Source of the DNA: Halarcobacter sp.
Lineage (GTDB): Bacteria > Campylobacterota > Campylobacteria > Campylobacterales > Arcobacteraceae
Assembly: GCA_963676565.1 (NCBI GenBank)
Contig: OY781089.1
Location: forward strand, 1,440,001-1,504,000
Length of the DNA: 64,000 bases
Direction: 5' to 3'
This document shows positions 19,648 to 30,090 of the stretch, in pieces (position 1 is the stretch's first letter; the number at the start of each line of letters is the position of its first letter). The notes beneath the pieces were generated by a model. That model worked only from the letters and a program-made list of their open reading frames with translations, was not told the DNA's origin and searched no databases. The position numbers and the translations under genes were made by a program.

Positions 19648-20861
19648 TGATGTTTAGATTTTTTGTAGCCATTTTCTTATTATTTGTTAATTTTTCTTTT
19701 GCAAACCTTTTACAAGAAGCAATTAATAAAGCAAAAGCTGGTTCGATTTTAAAACTTCCAAAGGGAGTTTATAAAGGACGAATTAAAATTGATAAACCTT
19801 TAACTATTATTGGAAAAGAAGAGGGGGTTATAATTGATGGACTAGGTGTTGGAACTGTTGTTTCAATAAACAGCCCTTATGTAACACTTAAAAACTTAAC
19901 CATACAAAATAGTGGAAGTAGACATGAAAATTTAGACTCAGGTATTAAAATTGAAAATTCTAAGCAATCAGAAATTTCAAATTGTATTATAAGAGATTCA
20001 TTATTTGGAATTGATATGTCTACAACAAATAACTCTATTATCTCAAATAATTATATAACTTCAAAGGATCTGTCTCTTGGATTAAGAGGTGATGGACTTA
20101 GAATTTGGTATTCAAATGACAATATAATCAAAAAAAATAAACTTGTTAAATCAAGGGACATGGTTGTTTGGTATTCCCATGGTAATCAAATAGTTGAAAA
20201 TTATGGTGAAAATAATAGATATTCTCTACATTTTATGTATGCGGGTAAAAACTATGTTCACAATAATACTTATAAATTTAACTCAGTTGGAATATTTTTT
20301 ATGTATAGCAAAGATACTATTGCAACTGGAAATGTTATAAAAAGTTCATTGGGAGCTACTGGTATGGGCATTGGACTTAAAGATGTTTCAAATTTTACAC
20401 TTAAAGACAACACGGTTATTTATAATGCAATTGGAGTATATATTGATAGATCTCCTTTTGAGCCAGATACAAATAATTGGATAGAAAACAATAAAGTTTT
20501 ATATAACTCTGAAGCACTGCATTTTCACTCTTTATGTGAAAATAATATTATAAAAGGAAACTCTATTATAGGAAATATTGAAGATATTGTAAACGATAGT
20601 AGGGGTGCAAAAACATATGAAAATGAGATAGTAGGAAATTATTGGGATAATTATGAAGGATTTGATAAAAACGCAGATAATATAGGAGATACTCCTCATA
20701 AAGTTTATCAGTATGCTGATCAATTATGGGTTTATAATACAGATGTAAAATTTTTCTACGGTTCTCCTGTTATCTCATTACTAAACTTTCTTGCAAAATT
20801 GGCTCCATTTAGTGAACCAGTTTTTTTAATGGAAGATTTAAAACCGAAGTTAAAGTTATAA
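19647..20861 (+). CDS. nosD: N2O reductase maturation protein NosD
   Basis: Beta-helix repeats; RGDGLRIW, RYSLHFMY, GNYWDNYEGFD..GD.P. Confidence 0.96.
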   Translation: MMFRFFVAIFLLFVNFSFANLLQEAINKAKAGSILKLPKGVYKGRIKIDKPLTIIGKEEGVIIDGLGVGTVVSINSPYVTLKNLTIQNSGSRHENLDSGIKIENSKQSEISNCIIRDSLFGIDMSTTNNSIISNNYITSKDLSLGLRGDGLRIWYSNDNIIKKNKLVKSRDMVVWYSHGNQIVENYGENNRYSLHFMYAGKNYVHNNTYKFNSVGIFFMYSKDTIATGNVIKSSLGATGMGIGLKDVSNFTLKDNTVIYNAIGVYIDRSPFEPDTNNWIENNKVLYNSEALHFHSLCENNIIKGNSIIGNIEDIVNDSRGAKTYENEIVGNYWDNYEGFDKNADNIGDTPHKVYQYADQLWVYNTDVKFFYGSPVISLLNFLAKLAPFSEPVFLMEDLKPKLKL

Positions 20862-20871
20862 GGATTTAATA

Positions 20872-21615
20872 ATGGCAAGTATAAAAGAAGATAGAAGAGA
20901 TTTTATTAAGTTTTCAACATTAGGAATATTGGGATTAACTCTTGGAGCAGGGGTAGTTATAAGCCCTTATGCTTTAAATGCAGAGATGAGATTAAGACCA
21001 CCTGGTGCAGTAAATGAAAAAGAGTTTTTAGCATTATGTATCAAATGTGGACAATGTTTGCAAGTATGTCCTTATCATTCTATAGAATTAGCAGATATGG
21101 CAAAAGGTCATGGAGTTGGAACACCATATATTGATGCAAGAGAAAGAGGATGTTATGCATGTAGTGCTGTTCCTTGTGTTTTAGCATGTCCAAGTGGTGC
21201 ACTCGATCATAAAACAGAAAAGCCTGCAGATATAAAAATGGGAATTGCGGTTTTAGAGTTTCCTTACAGATGTTTAGCACGAACAAATACACCTGTTCCA
21301 AAAGGGCATAGTAAAAGAATACATGATTTTACAAATGCTCAAAATAATGTAACCCAATTAGAACTAGATATGCTTGAAAAACTTGATGAGTTTGAAGGAA
21401 AGCAGTGTACCATATGTGCGGATATGTGTCCAATTCCTAATCCATTAAGTGCAATTTCTATGGTTGGTGACGGTGTTGGTAAAAAGCCTGAAGTTTATGA
21501 TGGTTGTATTGGATGTGGTGTATGTGAAGAGTTATGTCCAGCAAGTGAAGCAGCAATTGTAATAAAACCTAGAATGTTATATGAAGACTATTATGAAAAA
21601 GGAAACAAATCATGA
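20872..21615 (+). CDS. nosG: NapG/MauM-like 4Fe-4S protein NosG
   Basis: Tat RRDFIK, LRPPGA, CIKCGQCLQVCP and further CxxCxxC motifs. Confidence 0.93.
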   Translation: MASIKEDRRDFIKFSTLGILGLTLGAGVVISPYALNAEMRLRPPGAVNEKEFLALCIKCGQCLQVCPYHSIELADMAKGHGVGTPYIDARERGCYACSAVPCVLACPSGALDHKTEKPADIKMGIAVLEFPYRCLARTNTPVPKGHSKRIHDFTNAQNNVTQLELDMLEKLDEFEGKQCTICADMCPIPNPLSAISMVGDGVGKKPEVYDGCIGCGVCEELCPASEAAIVIKPRMLYEDYYEKGNKS

Positions 21616-22208
21616 TAAAAAAATTATTATTACCATTAGTAATTATTCTATTAGTTTCAGGATGTTCTGAAAAAAAAGAAGAGAAAAAAGTAGAACAAAA
21701 AGTTACTCAAAAACAAGAATCTCTCAAAATAGAAATAGAAGAAAATGAAAATGCAAAAGAGATTAAAGTAGCTGAAAAAAATGAAAAATCAGATAAAAAT
21801 GAAACATATTATTTTAATTATGGTGTAAAAAGCGAATATGATCCAAATTCAAAACCAGCGAATGAAGATGCCTCAGTTAGAGTTAAACCTAGAACTTCTA
21901 TTGATGCAAATATGCATGTTAGAAGTCCCTATGAAAAAGTTAAAATTTCAATGTTAGTAAAAAGACTTAGTAAAGAGTTTATTGTTAAGTGTTCAGCTTG
22001 TCATAATGATTATGCTAATGGGATTATTGGTCCATCATTACTTGATAAAGATGATAAATTTATTTATGAAAGTATTCTTAAGTTTAAAAATAATAAAGAT
22101 GCAAATGTTTTAATGACGGGTTTAGTTAATCAAATGGATGAAGAAACTATTAAAAGAATTGCAAAAGAGATATTTGAATTTAATAAGCAAGTTAAGGAAA
22201 TGCAATGA
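21612..22208 (+). CDS. nosC1: Monoheme cytochrome c lipoprotein NosC1
   Basis: Lipobox LVSGC, CSACH, IIGPSL; position as in the Wolinella nos cluster. Confidence 0.85.
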   Translation: MIKKLLLPLVIILLVSGCSEKKEEKKVEQKVTQKQESLKIEIEENENAKEIKVAEKNEKSDKNETYYFNYGVKSEYDPNSKPANEDASVRVKPRTSIDANMHVRSPYEKVKISMLVKRLSKEFIVKCSACHNDYANGIIGPSLLDKDDKFIYESILKFKNNKDANVLMTGLVNQMDEETIKRIAKEIFEFNKQVKEMQ

Positions 22209-22690
22209 AAAAAGTAATAGCCTTAATTTCTACAGCTATTGTTTTGGGTCTTATGGTTTTAACATTTTTTAAGGGACCAGCATATCAAGGTGGTAAAGCA
22301 GGTCATATAATTGAAGACTTAAAGGCTTTAGAGCAAAAAGCTAAAATTGAACCAATTAAAGAGAAAGATGTAGGGGCCGAAAAATTAAAAGCCCTTAGAG
22401 ACAAAGCTGGTAATACCTCTAGTTTTGAAGTTAGTGATGCATATAAAAGTAAATGTGCTTCATGTCATGGAGTTGATGGAAGTGGAACTCAAAATGGTAA
22501 AAAACTTATGGGACCTGGTTTAATTGGCCAAAGTGAGGATAAGCTTTTAAAAGATTTAGTTGATTTTAAAGCAGGTAGAAAAGAGAATTTTATTATGAAA
22601 GGTTTATTAATGAATCTTTCAGAAGAAGATTTAAAAAGTTTTGCAAAAGAGATTTCACAGTTTGAAGCACGAAAAAATGCTTTAAAGTAA
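22205..22690 (+). CDS. nosC2: Monoheme cytochrome c NosC2
   Basis: N-terminal anchor, CASCHG, distal M; position. Confidence 0.85.
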   Translation: MKKVIALISTAIVLGLMVLTFFKGPAYQGGKAGHIIEDLKALEQKAKIEPIKEKDVGAEKLKALRDKAGNTSSFEVSDAYKSKCASCHGVDGSGTQNGKKLMGPGLIGQSEDKLLKDLVDFKAGRKENFIMKGLLMNLSEEDLKSFAKEISQFEARKNALK

Positions 22691-22700
22691 GGATTAAAAA

Positions 22701-23606
22701 ATGGATAAATGGAATAATAGAGAAACAATAAAAAAATCAAGCTTTATATCGACATTTTTTGATAAAACAAAAGATGGAAAAACAATAATTTCATATAGAA
22801 TGAAGAGGTGGATAGTAATTATTTCAATTCATTTATTATTTTTCTTATCTTTTGCTATTGATATTCAAACATTAGAAGGAACATTAAATGGTTCAAGATT
22901 CTTAGGGTTTCACTTAATTGACCCTTTTACAACTATTCAAATGTATCTTGCAACATATCATATGCCTGTAAATATTGTAATTGGTACGGTTACAATTTTA
23001 TTTTTTTATCTACTTATAGGGGGACGAACTTATTGTTCATGGGTTTGTCCTTATGGATTATTAAGTGAAATTGGTGAGAAGATTCATAATACACTAGTTA
23101 ATAAAAAAATTATTAAAGAGAGAAAATTTGACCATAGAGTAAGACATGTCTTTTGGGCAATGTTTATGGTTATGGCATTTACAAGTGGATATTTAGTATT
23201 TGAAACTTTTAATGTAGTTGGAATTTTAAGTAGATTTATTGCTTATGGATGGAGTTTAGCTTTATCATGGGTTTTAATTGTTTTTTTAATTGAAGTATTT
23301 TATTCAAGACGTGCTTGGTGTACATATATTTGTCCTATTGGAACAACATATGGGTATATAGGAAAAGTAAGTGGTCTTAGAATAGAGTGGAATGATAGTT
23401 GTGATCATTGTATGGTTTGTCATGATGTTTGCTTTGAAAGTCAAGTTTTAGAGTTGACAAAAGGTAAATATGATGAAGAAAGAAAAGAAAAAGGAATTAA
23501 AAAGCAATACGTAACAGGTGCAGATTGTACTTTATGTGGAAGATGTATTGATGTTTGTCACTCTGATGCTTTAAAATACGACTTTAGGTTAAAAGGTTTA
23601 ATTTAA
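22701..23606 (+). CDS. nosH: NapH/MauN-like polyferredoxin membrane protein NosH
   Basis: GRTYCSWVCP, RAWCTYICP, two CxxCxxC clusters. Confidence 0.93.
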   Translation: MDKWNNRETIKKSSFISTFFDKTKDGKTIISYRMKRWIVIISIHLLFFLSFAIDIQTLEGTLNGSRFLGFHLIDPFTTIQMYLATYHMPVNIVIGTVTILFFYLLIGGRTYCSWVCPYGLLSEIGEKIHNTLVNKKIIKERKFDHRVRHVFWAMFMVMAFTSGYLVFETFNVVGILSRFIAYGWSLALSWVLIVFLIEVFYSRRAWCTYICPIGTTYGYIGKVSGLRIEWNDSCDHCMVCHDVCFESQVLELTKGKYDEERKEKGIKKQYVTGADCTLCGRCIDVCHSDALKYDFRLKGLI

Positions 23607-23607
23607 A

Positions 23608-24252
23608 ATGATTAAAATAGATAATTTAACAAAAAGATTTGGCTCTCACATATCTTTAGATAATGTAAGCATACAATTTGATAAAAATGATCATATTGCA
23701 ATAATGGGACCAAATGGTGCTGGAAAAACAACTTTAATTAGATCAATTATGGGATATTATCATCCAAATTCAGGGGAGGTTCTTATAAATGGATTGAATC
23801 CAATTAAGAATAGAACAAAAGTTTTAGATTCTATTTCTTTTGTTCCTCAACTTCCACCACCTATTAAACTTAGCTTAAATGAGTTAATGAAATATATTCA
23901 AGCTAGTTCTAATGTAGATATTGCAGAGATTATTCATTATGCAAATGAGATGAAATTAGATATTAATGCAAATTTAAATAAATCTTTTTTCAAATTATCA
24001 GGTGGTATGAAACAAAAAATGTTAATTGCAATAAGCTTAGCAAAAAAAAGTGAAATCATAATTTATGATGAACCAACGGCAAATTTAGATCCAAAGGCAA
24101 GGGATGATTTCTATAGATTATTAGAAAAGAATGAAAAAGAAAAAATTTCACTTTTTGTAACCCATAGACTTGATGAGGTTAAGGATATCGTTAATAGACA
24201 GATTTATATGGATTTAGGGAAAGTTATTTCTGATGAAAGAGTAGGAAATTAA
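23608..24252 (+). CDS. nosF: ABC ATPase NosF
   Basis: GPNGAGKT, LSGGMKQK, DEPT; position. Confidence 0.9.
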   Translation: MIKIDNLTKRFGSHISLDNVSIQFDKNDHIAIMGPNGAGKTTLIRSIMGYYHPNSGEVLINGLNPIKNRTKVLDSISFVPQLPPPIKLSLNELMKYIQASSNVDIAEIIHYANEMKLDINANLNKSFFKLSGGMKQKMLIAISLAKKSEIIIYDEPTANLDPKARDDFYRLLEKNEKEKISLFVTHRLDEVKDIVNRQIYMDLGKVISDERVGN

Positions 24253-24253
24253 T

Positions 24254-24712
24254 ATGAATAATATATCGCGTCGAAATTTTATTTTATTATCTGGTCTTGG
24301 TATCCCATTATTCTTTAGTGCTTGTGAAAAAGAGAGTTCAGGAGAAATACAAGAAATTAAATGGGATAGAGATATGTGTGATAGATGCAAAATGGTAATT
24401 AGTGATAGAAAGCATGCTGCGCAAGTTATAAATATGAAGAATGGAAGAGTTTATAAGTTTGATGATATAGGCTGCGTTCCTTTATGGTTTAAAGAAGAAA
24501 ATATCACGTGGAAAGATAATGCAAAAATTTGGATTACAGATGTTGACACAGGAAAATGGATTGATGCAAGAAAAGCATTTTATGATGGTATGACTATAAC
24601 ACCAATGGGATATGGGTTTGCAGCTCATGAAACAAAAAAAGCAATAAAGCCTGACCTTGAAGTTTTTACTTTCAGTGATATGGAAAAAAGAGTTTTGGCT
24701 AGGGGACGATAA
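24254..24712 (+). CDS. nosL: NosL-family copper chaperone, Tat-lipoprotein
   Basis: SRRNFI, FFSAC lipobox, CDRCKMVI, FDDIGC, TPMGYG. Confidence 0.88.
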   Translation: MNNISRRNFILLSGLGIPLFFSACEKESSGEIQEIKWDRDMCDRCKMVISDRKHAAQVINMKNGRVYKFDDIGCVPLWFKEENITWKDNAKIWITDVDTGKWIDARKAFYDGMTITPMGYGFAAHETKKAIKPDLEVFTFSDMEKRVLARGR

Positions 24713-24713
24713 G

Positions 24714-25541
24714 GTGAAGAATTTATTACTAATAGCTTATTTAGATCTAAAAGAATCGATTAGAGCAAAATGGTTTATTGTTTATTCTCTTGTTTTTGGA
24801 GGAATGATAGCTTTATTTTTTGTAGCAGGTGTTACACAATCACAGGTTATGGGATTTAGTGGATTAAGTAGATTATTACTTATGTATATACAAGTTACAA
24901 TTGTAATTTTACCTATATTTATATTAATAACAACAGTACGGTCTATTTCTGGAGATAGAGATACTCATATTTTAGAATATATGTTATCTTTTCCAATTTC
25001 ATTAAAACAATATTATTGGGGTAAAATTTTAGGAAGATTTATTACAGTTTTTTTACCTGTATTTTTTGCAATGGTTTTTGCAATAATCTATGGAATCTTT
25101 ATCGGCGCTGATATCCCTTGGGATATATTTATTTTGTATACAGGTTTATTGTTTTCACTTACTTCAGCATTTTTAGGTATAGCATTTTTTATCTCTTCAT
25201 TTGTAAAAACAAGTGAAATTGCTTTAGGAATATCATTTTTTATATGGATATTTTTATTAGCCTTTTTAGATATTGCTTTAATCTCTTTAATGATGCAAAA
25301 TAGATTTGATGAGTCACTTATTATTACAATTGCTCTTTTAAATCCTATGGAGATTTTTAGAGTTGCAGCAATCTCTTTATTTGATCCATCCTTAACCGTA
25401 ATGGGACCAGTAGCATTTTATATTTTAGATACGTTTAAACAAACTACTTTTGTATTGATTTCTATAGCTTACCCAGTTATATTAGGATTAGTTTTTGCCT
25501 TTTTAGGTTATTTTATATTTGCGAAAAAAGATTTAGTTTAA
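24714..25541 (+). CDS. nosY: ABC permease NosY
   Basis: Start moved to GTG 24714; 6 TM; LSFPIS, GK..G, LLNPMEIFR. Confidence 0.9.
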   Translation: MKNLLLIAYLDLKESIRAKWFIVYSLVFGGMIALFFVAGVTQSQVMGFSGLSRLLLMYIQVTIVILPIFILITTVRSISGDRDTHILEYMLSFPISLKQYYWGKILGRFITVFLPVFFAMVFAIIYGIFIGADIPWDIFILYTGLLFSLTSAFLGIAFFISSFVKTSEIALGISFFIWIFLLAFLDIALISLMMQNRFDESLIITIALLNPMEIFRVAAISLFDPSLTVMGPVAFYILDTFKQTTFVLISIAYPVILGLVFAFLGYFIFAKKDLV

Positions 25542-25550
25542 AGGATATTC

Positions 25551-26039
25551 ATGAAAAAATTATCGACAATTATATTAAGTTGTATGTTTGGCTTTCTAGC
25601 TCTTAATGCAGAAGTTACGTACTCTATGAATTTTGACAAAGAAACAAAAAGTTTAGTTAGAAAAATGTATGTTTATAAAAATCCTGCTTGGGTTTCAAAG
25701 GTTGTAAATAAAGACTTTAAAGAACTTTATTTTGTAAGTCCTAAATCTATGTTTGAATTCTATTTCAATCCTGAAAAATGGGAAGAAGCTAATACCAAAG
25801 ATTCAACAGAATTAAAAGAACTTATTGTAACAGACTTTAAAACTCACAAAGTAATAAATGCTAGGGGTGCTTTTTATGTATATGGAAGTAATAAAATCTC
25901 ACCAGCAGGGGATGATTTACCAGCATTTGAAAGCTATGATGATGCCGAATCATTTGCAAAAAGTAATAATGGTAAAAGAATTTTTTCATTTAAAGAAATG
26001 AAAAAAGGTTTGATTGAATTATTAAATGGAGACATTTAA
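25551..26039 (+). CDS. nosL: NosL-family protein (lacks N-terminal CxxC)
   Basis: YKNPAW, FVSPKSM, VTDF, AFYVYGS...PAGDDLPAF...AESF. Confidence 0.8.
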   Translation: MKKLSTIILSCMFGFLALNAEVTYSMNFDKETKSLVRKMYVYKNPAWVSKVVNKDFKELYFVSPKSMFEFYFNPEKWEEANTKDSTELKELIVTDFKTHKVINARGAFYVYGSNKISPAGDDLPAFESYDDAESFAKSNNGKRIFSFKEMKKGLIELLNGDI

Positions 26040-26067
26040 TAATTCATAAAGTTTTAAAGGAGTAATT

Positions 26068-26790
26068 ATGAAAAAATTGTTAATCATATTTGTAATGGGA
26101 TTATTGTTGTTTTCTTCATCCTCTTTTGCTAAAGATATGGAAAAAAAATTTAGTAAAGTTGCTTCAGGGAAACCTGAATTAATCCAAGAAGGTGCAGAAA
26201 AAGGTTTTTGTCCAGTATGTGCAATGTCTATTAAGCACAACTACAAAACGAGTCATGGAGTTGTTGCAAAAAAGGCTAAAGATAATAGACAATATTGTTC
26301 TGTACGATGTGTTCTTGTTGATGGGAAGCATGCAAATGAGGGGAATAAGCATGTTGTAGTAGATGCAAAAACTGAAAAAATTATCGATGCCAAAACGGCA
26401 TATTATGTATTAGGAAGTAAAGCACCTGGAACTATGTCAAAGATTAGTAAGTATGCATTTGCTTCAAAAGATGATGCTAAAGCTTTTAATTCTAAATTTG
26501 GTGGAAAAATTGTTTTATATGATGAAATGATAGCTAGTGCAAAAGAGTCGTTAAATAGTGATATTGCAATGGTAAATATGAAGAAAAATAAAATGATGTA
26601 CCCAATGGGCAAAAAACTTTATAAATCAAATTGTAGACCAATTAAAGATTTTTCTTCTTATAAAAGAATCAATGAGTTAAAAACTGACATTATGAAAAAT
26701 AAAATATGTGATGACTCAATTAAGATGAAAAAACTTCAAGCAGTGACTTTATATCTATGGGAAATTAAAAGATTAGGTAAATCTTTATAA
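26068..26790 (+). CDS. NosL-fold periplasmic protein with cytochrome-c-like tail
   Basis: Sec signal; CPVCAM...TSH, QYCSVRC, AYYVLGS..PGTMS.ISKYAF; tail GKKLY..NC...LQAVTLYLW. Confidence 0.78.
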   Translation: MKKLLIIFVMGLLLFSSSSFAKDMEKKFSKVASGKPELIQEGAEKGFCPVCAMSIKHNYKTSHGVVAKKAKDNRQYCSVRCVLVDGKHANEGNKHVVVDAKTEKIIDAKTAYYVLGSKAPGTMSKISKYAFASKDDAKAFNSKFGGKIVLYDEMIASAKESLNSDIAMVNMKKNKMMYPMGKKLYKSNCRPIKDFSSYKRINELKTDIMKNKICDDSIKMKKLQAVTLYLWEIKRLGKSL

Positions 26791-26796
26791 AAAGTA

Positions 26797-26830
26797 AAAA
26801 AGAGATGTGTCTTACCTTCTCATCTCTTTT
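26797..26830 (+). terminator. Stem-loop between NosL-like paralogues
   Basis: AAAAGAGATG...CATCTCTTTT. Confidence 0.55.
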
Positions 26831-26854
26831 ATCAGCATTTTGAGGAATACTATT

Positions 26855-27991
26855 ATGAAAAAACTATTACTAAGTGCCTTAATTATACAGTTTCTATTAA
26901 TAGGCGTGAGTCAAGGAAATAATTTTAATAAAACAGTTAAAAAAGATATAGAGCTTGTACAAAAAGAAGATATAAAAACTTGGTGTGCAGTTTCAGGTGA
27001 AGAACTTTATAAAAATTATAAAACTTCTCACACTGCCCATGACTATGATGGTAAACCAAGACAATATGCTTCCCTTAGTTATTTAGTTTTTGATGTAGAG
27101 GAAAACCATGTAAAGCTTCAAAATTCTAAAGTAGTAGATGTAAGTTCCAATAAATTAATTCCCACAAAAGATGCATATTATGTAATGGGGAGCAAAGTAA
27201 AAGGAACAAAAAGCAAGATAAGTAAACTTGCTTTTGCAAAAAAAGAAGATGCAAAGATATTTGTATCTAAAAATGGTGGTAATATTGTAAGTTTTGAAGA
27301 AGCTTTTGCAGAAGCAGAAAAGAGTTTAAAAGAAGATATGAAACCTTCAAATCCAAAAAAAATACAAAGAGAATATCGTAAAGGCAAAAAGATTTATGAG
27401 GCCAAATGTAGTAATAAAGAGATTGATTTAAAAGCCTATAATTGGATTAATTACTTAAAAGCAGATTTAAAAAATCAGTGTAAAAAACTTAAGGAAAATC
27501 AACTTCATTCTGTAGCCTTATATCTATGGAATGTTAAGCGTATTGAAAATAGACTAGTTAATAAAATAGTAGAAGTAAGAAAAGAGGATAAATGTCCAGT
27601 TTGTGGAATGTTTGTGTATAAATATCCAAAATGGGCAGCTAAACTAGAGTTTGTAAAACATGAGCATAAGCACTATTATGTTTTTGATGGGGTTAAAGAT
27701 ATGATTAAATTTGTTCATAATCCTAAAAAATATAATGAACACGAAAAGATGACCGAGCAAAAGCTGTTAGTAACAGATTATTATACTCAATATGCAATTG
27801 ATGGGAAAGAGGCTTTTTATGTAGTTGGGAGTGATACTTTAGGTCCTATGGGAAATGAATTAATACCTTTTAAATATGAAGAAGATGCAAAAATTTTTTT
27901 AAAAGATCATCAAGGAACTTCAATTTTTAAGTTTAGTGAAATTACTTCAGAATTAATATGTAAATTAGATGGCCTAGAAACATGCGAATAA
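26855..27991 (+). CDS. Two-domain NosL-fold periplasmic protein
   Basis: Start moved to ATG 26855 (GAGG RBS). Degenerate first NosL domain (CAVSG, QYASL), cytochrome-like linker, intact second domain (CPVCGM, FDGVKD, GPMG). Confidence 0.8.
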   Translation: MKKLLLSALIIQFLLIGVSQGNNFNKTVKKDIELVQKEDIKTWCAVSGEELYKNYKTSHTAHDYDGKPRQYASLSYLVFDVEENHVKLQNSKVVDVSSNKLIPTKDAYYVMGSKVKGTKSKISKLAFAKKEDAKIFVSKNGGNIVSFEEAFAEAEKSLKEDMKPSNPKKIQREYRKGKKIYEAKCSNKEIDLKAYNWINYLKADLKNQCKKLKENQLHSVALYLWNVKRIENRLVNKIVEVRKEDKCPVCGMFVYKYPKWAAKLEFVKHEHKHYYVFDGVKDMIKFVHNPKKYNEHEKMTEQKLLVTDYYTQYAIDGKEAFYVVGSDTLGPMGNELIPFKYEEDAKIFLKDHQGTSIFKFSEITSELICKLDGLETCE

Positions 27992-28263
27992 GTTCAAAAA
28001 AAATTTTCTACTGTTTTGTTAGTGTAGTAATTGCTTCTTTAATATTTCAATTTGTGTTTTTATCCTCAAAAACACAAGACAATGAGACTAAAGTGCTTTT
28101 TGTCAAATTAAGTGGAATACCTGACTTAGCATTTAATAGTAATGTTCCATACCTAAGACACAGATCATTAAGTGTAGTGAATGATTTATATTTTTTACAT
28201 CCTGGAATTGAACCCCTTGGTCTTGGAATATTTATTCAACAAACTTCTTTACAAGTGAGGTAA
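27982..28263 (+). CDS. Small single-TM hypothetical protein
   Basis: N-terminal TM then FVKLSGIPDLA..YLRHRSLS; tightly packed with both neighbours. Confidence 0.7.
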   Translation: MRISSKKIFYCFVSVVIASLIFQFVFLSSKTQDNETKVLFVKLSGIPDLAFNSNVPYLRHRSLSVVNDLYFLHPGIEPLGLGIFIQQTSLQVR

Positions 28264-28264
28264 T

Positions 28265-29434
28265 ATGAATACAATATTTGATTACACCTTACGTTCTTTA
28301 AAACGATTTGGGATGAAAAACATTTCTATAGCTTTAATTTTTATGATTTTAGTTTGGCTTTTATCTTCAGGAATGATGATTAGCCATTCTTTAAATCATG
28401 AACTAAAAACTCTGTCAAAAGGTCTACCTGATATAGTTATACAAAACTATAAAGGTGGAAAAGTAAAACCTTTTGATGAAGAAATTGTTGAGCAACTGTG
28501 GGATATTAAAGGAATAAGTAATGTAATGGGACGTATTTGGGGACAATACTACTTAGAAGATGCAAATATTTATGCCTCTATTGTAGGTGTTACTGCTTTT
28601 GAAGAACAGTATAAAAAAAGCCTAACAAAAATTGTAGAAGATTTCCCAGAAAGTGATGATGCTATTCCTTCAATGATGATATCAAAAAATCTAAAAGAGT
28701 TATTGTTTAAATATGATATGCAGGAGTATGTAAGCTTTAAGCAAAATGATGGAACTTATCTTAAAATGAAACTTGGCGGAACTTTCAAAGCAGATACCCA
28801 AATGGAAAGTAATGATATTATCTTAATTCCTACAGAAATTGCTAGAAACTTATTAGCTATTGAAGAGGGAAGTTTTACAGATGCAGTAATAAGTGTAGCT
28901 AATCCTGAAGAAGTAGAAACGATAGCAGCAAAAATTGCTTTTGAATATCCAAGTCTAAGGGTTATTACAAAAGCTGATATTATTAAGGGTCATCAAATTT
29001 TATATGATTATAAAAGTGGTTGGTTTTTAGCTTTACTTATTACTACATTTATTACCTTTGCAATTATACTTTATGATAAAGCAAGTGGACTTAGGAGTGA
29101 AGAAAAGCAAGAAATAGGTGTTTTGAAAGCTTTAGGTTGGGAAATTGATCATATTATTAGACATAAACTAACTGAAGCTTTAATACTTTCCCTTTCAGCT
29201 TTTTTTGTAGGTGTTAGTTTAGCAATCTTCTATGTTTTCATTTTAGATGCACCAATCTTAAAATATATATTTACTGGATTTTCTAATTTAAAACAACCTT
29301 TTGATTTAGTTTTTGTATTAGATATAAAAATGATTGCACTACTATTTTTTACAACTGTACCCCTTTATTTAGCAGCATCAATTATTCCATCTTGGAAAGC
29401 AGCAGTTGAAGATGCTGGAGAGGTAATAAGATGA
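28265..29434 (+). CDS. LolC/E / MacB / FtsX-type ABC permease
   Basis: 1 TM + large periplasmic domain + 3 TM; EIGVLKALGW, IIPSWKAA. Confidence 0.9.
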   Translation: MNTIFDYTLRSLKRFGMKNISIALIFMILVWLLSSGMMISHSLNHELKTLSKGLPDIVIQNYKGGKVKPFDEEIVEQLWDIKGISNVMGRIWGQYYLEDANIYASIVGVTAFEEQYKKSLTKIVEDFPESDDAIPSMMISKNLKELLFKYDMQEYVSFKQNDGTYLKMKLGGTFKADTQMESNDIILIPTEIARNLLAIEEGSFTDAVISVANPEEVETIAAKIAFEYPSLRVITKADIIKGHQILYDYKSGWFLALLITTFITFAIILYDKASGLRSEEKQEIGVLKALGWEIDHIIRHKLTEALILSLSAFFVGVSLAIFYVFILDAPILKYIFTGFSNLKQPFDLVFVLDIKMIALLFFTTVPLYLAASIIPSWKAAVEDAGEVIR

Positions 29435-30090
29435 TTCAAGTTAAAAATGTTTCAAAAATATTTAATGAAGGAACACCAAAAGCTTTTAATGCTTTAGAAG
29501 ATATTTCATTACATGTAAAAAAAGGTGAAGTTGCATTACTTAAAGGAATTAGTGGTAGTGGGAAAAGTACTTTACTATCTTTGTTTGCAGCACTATATCA
29601 ACCATCAAAGGGAGAAATTTTAATTGATGGAGAAGCAATTTCCCAATATCCTGAAAATTTTGCAAGTAGATTTAGACGTAATAATATTGGATTTATCTTT
29701 CAAAAATTTAATTTGATTTCTACTCTAACAGTTCTTGAAAATGTACTTCTTCCAACTTTACCTGATGATATTGATAAACTTGAAGAGGCAATGGAACTTC
29801 TAGAGTTATTTCATATTTCGCCAAAAACGAATGTTGAAGTTAAACATCTTTCAGGTGGTGAACAACAAAGAGTTGCAGTTGTAAGGGCTCTTATTAATGA
29901 TCCAAAACTAATTCTCGCTGATGAGCCAACTGCAAATTTAGACCAAGCTCTAAGTATTAAGATATTAGATTATTTTGAAAAAATAATTAAGCAGGAAAAA
30001 ACACTTGTTATTGCAACCCATGATCCACTATTATTAGAATGGGGAATGTATGAGACTTGTTTTGAAATGAAAAATGGGAAATTATTATGA
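29431..30090 (+). CDS. LolD-like ABC ATPase
   Basis: GISGSGKST, IGFIFQKFNL, LSGGEQQRVA, LADEPTANLD. Confidence 0.93.
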   Translation: MIQVKNVSKIFNEGTPKAFNALEDISLHVKKGEVALLKGISGSGKSTLLSLFAALYQPSKGEILIDGEAISQYPENFASRFRRNNIGFIFQKFNLISTLTVLENVLLPTLPDDIDKLEEAMELLELFHISPKTNVEVKHLSGGEQQRVAVVRALINDPKLILADEPTANLDQALSIKILDYFEKIIKQEKTLVIATHDPLLLEWGMYETCFEMKNGKLL

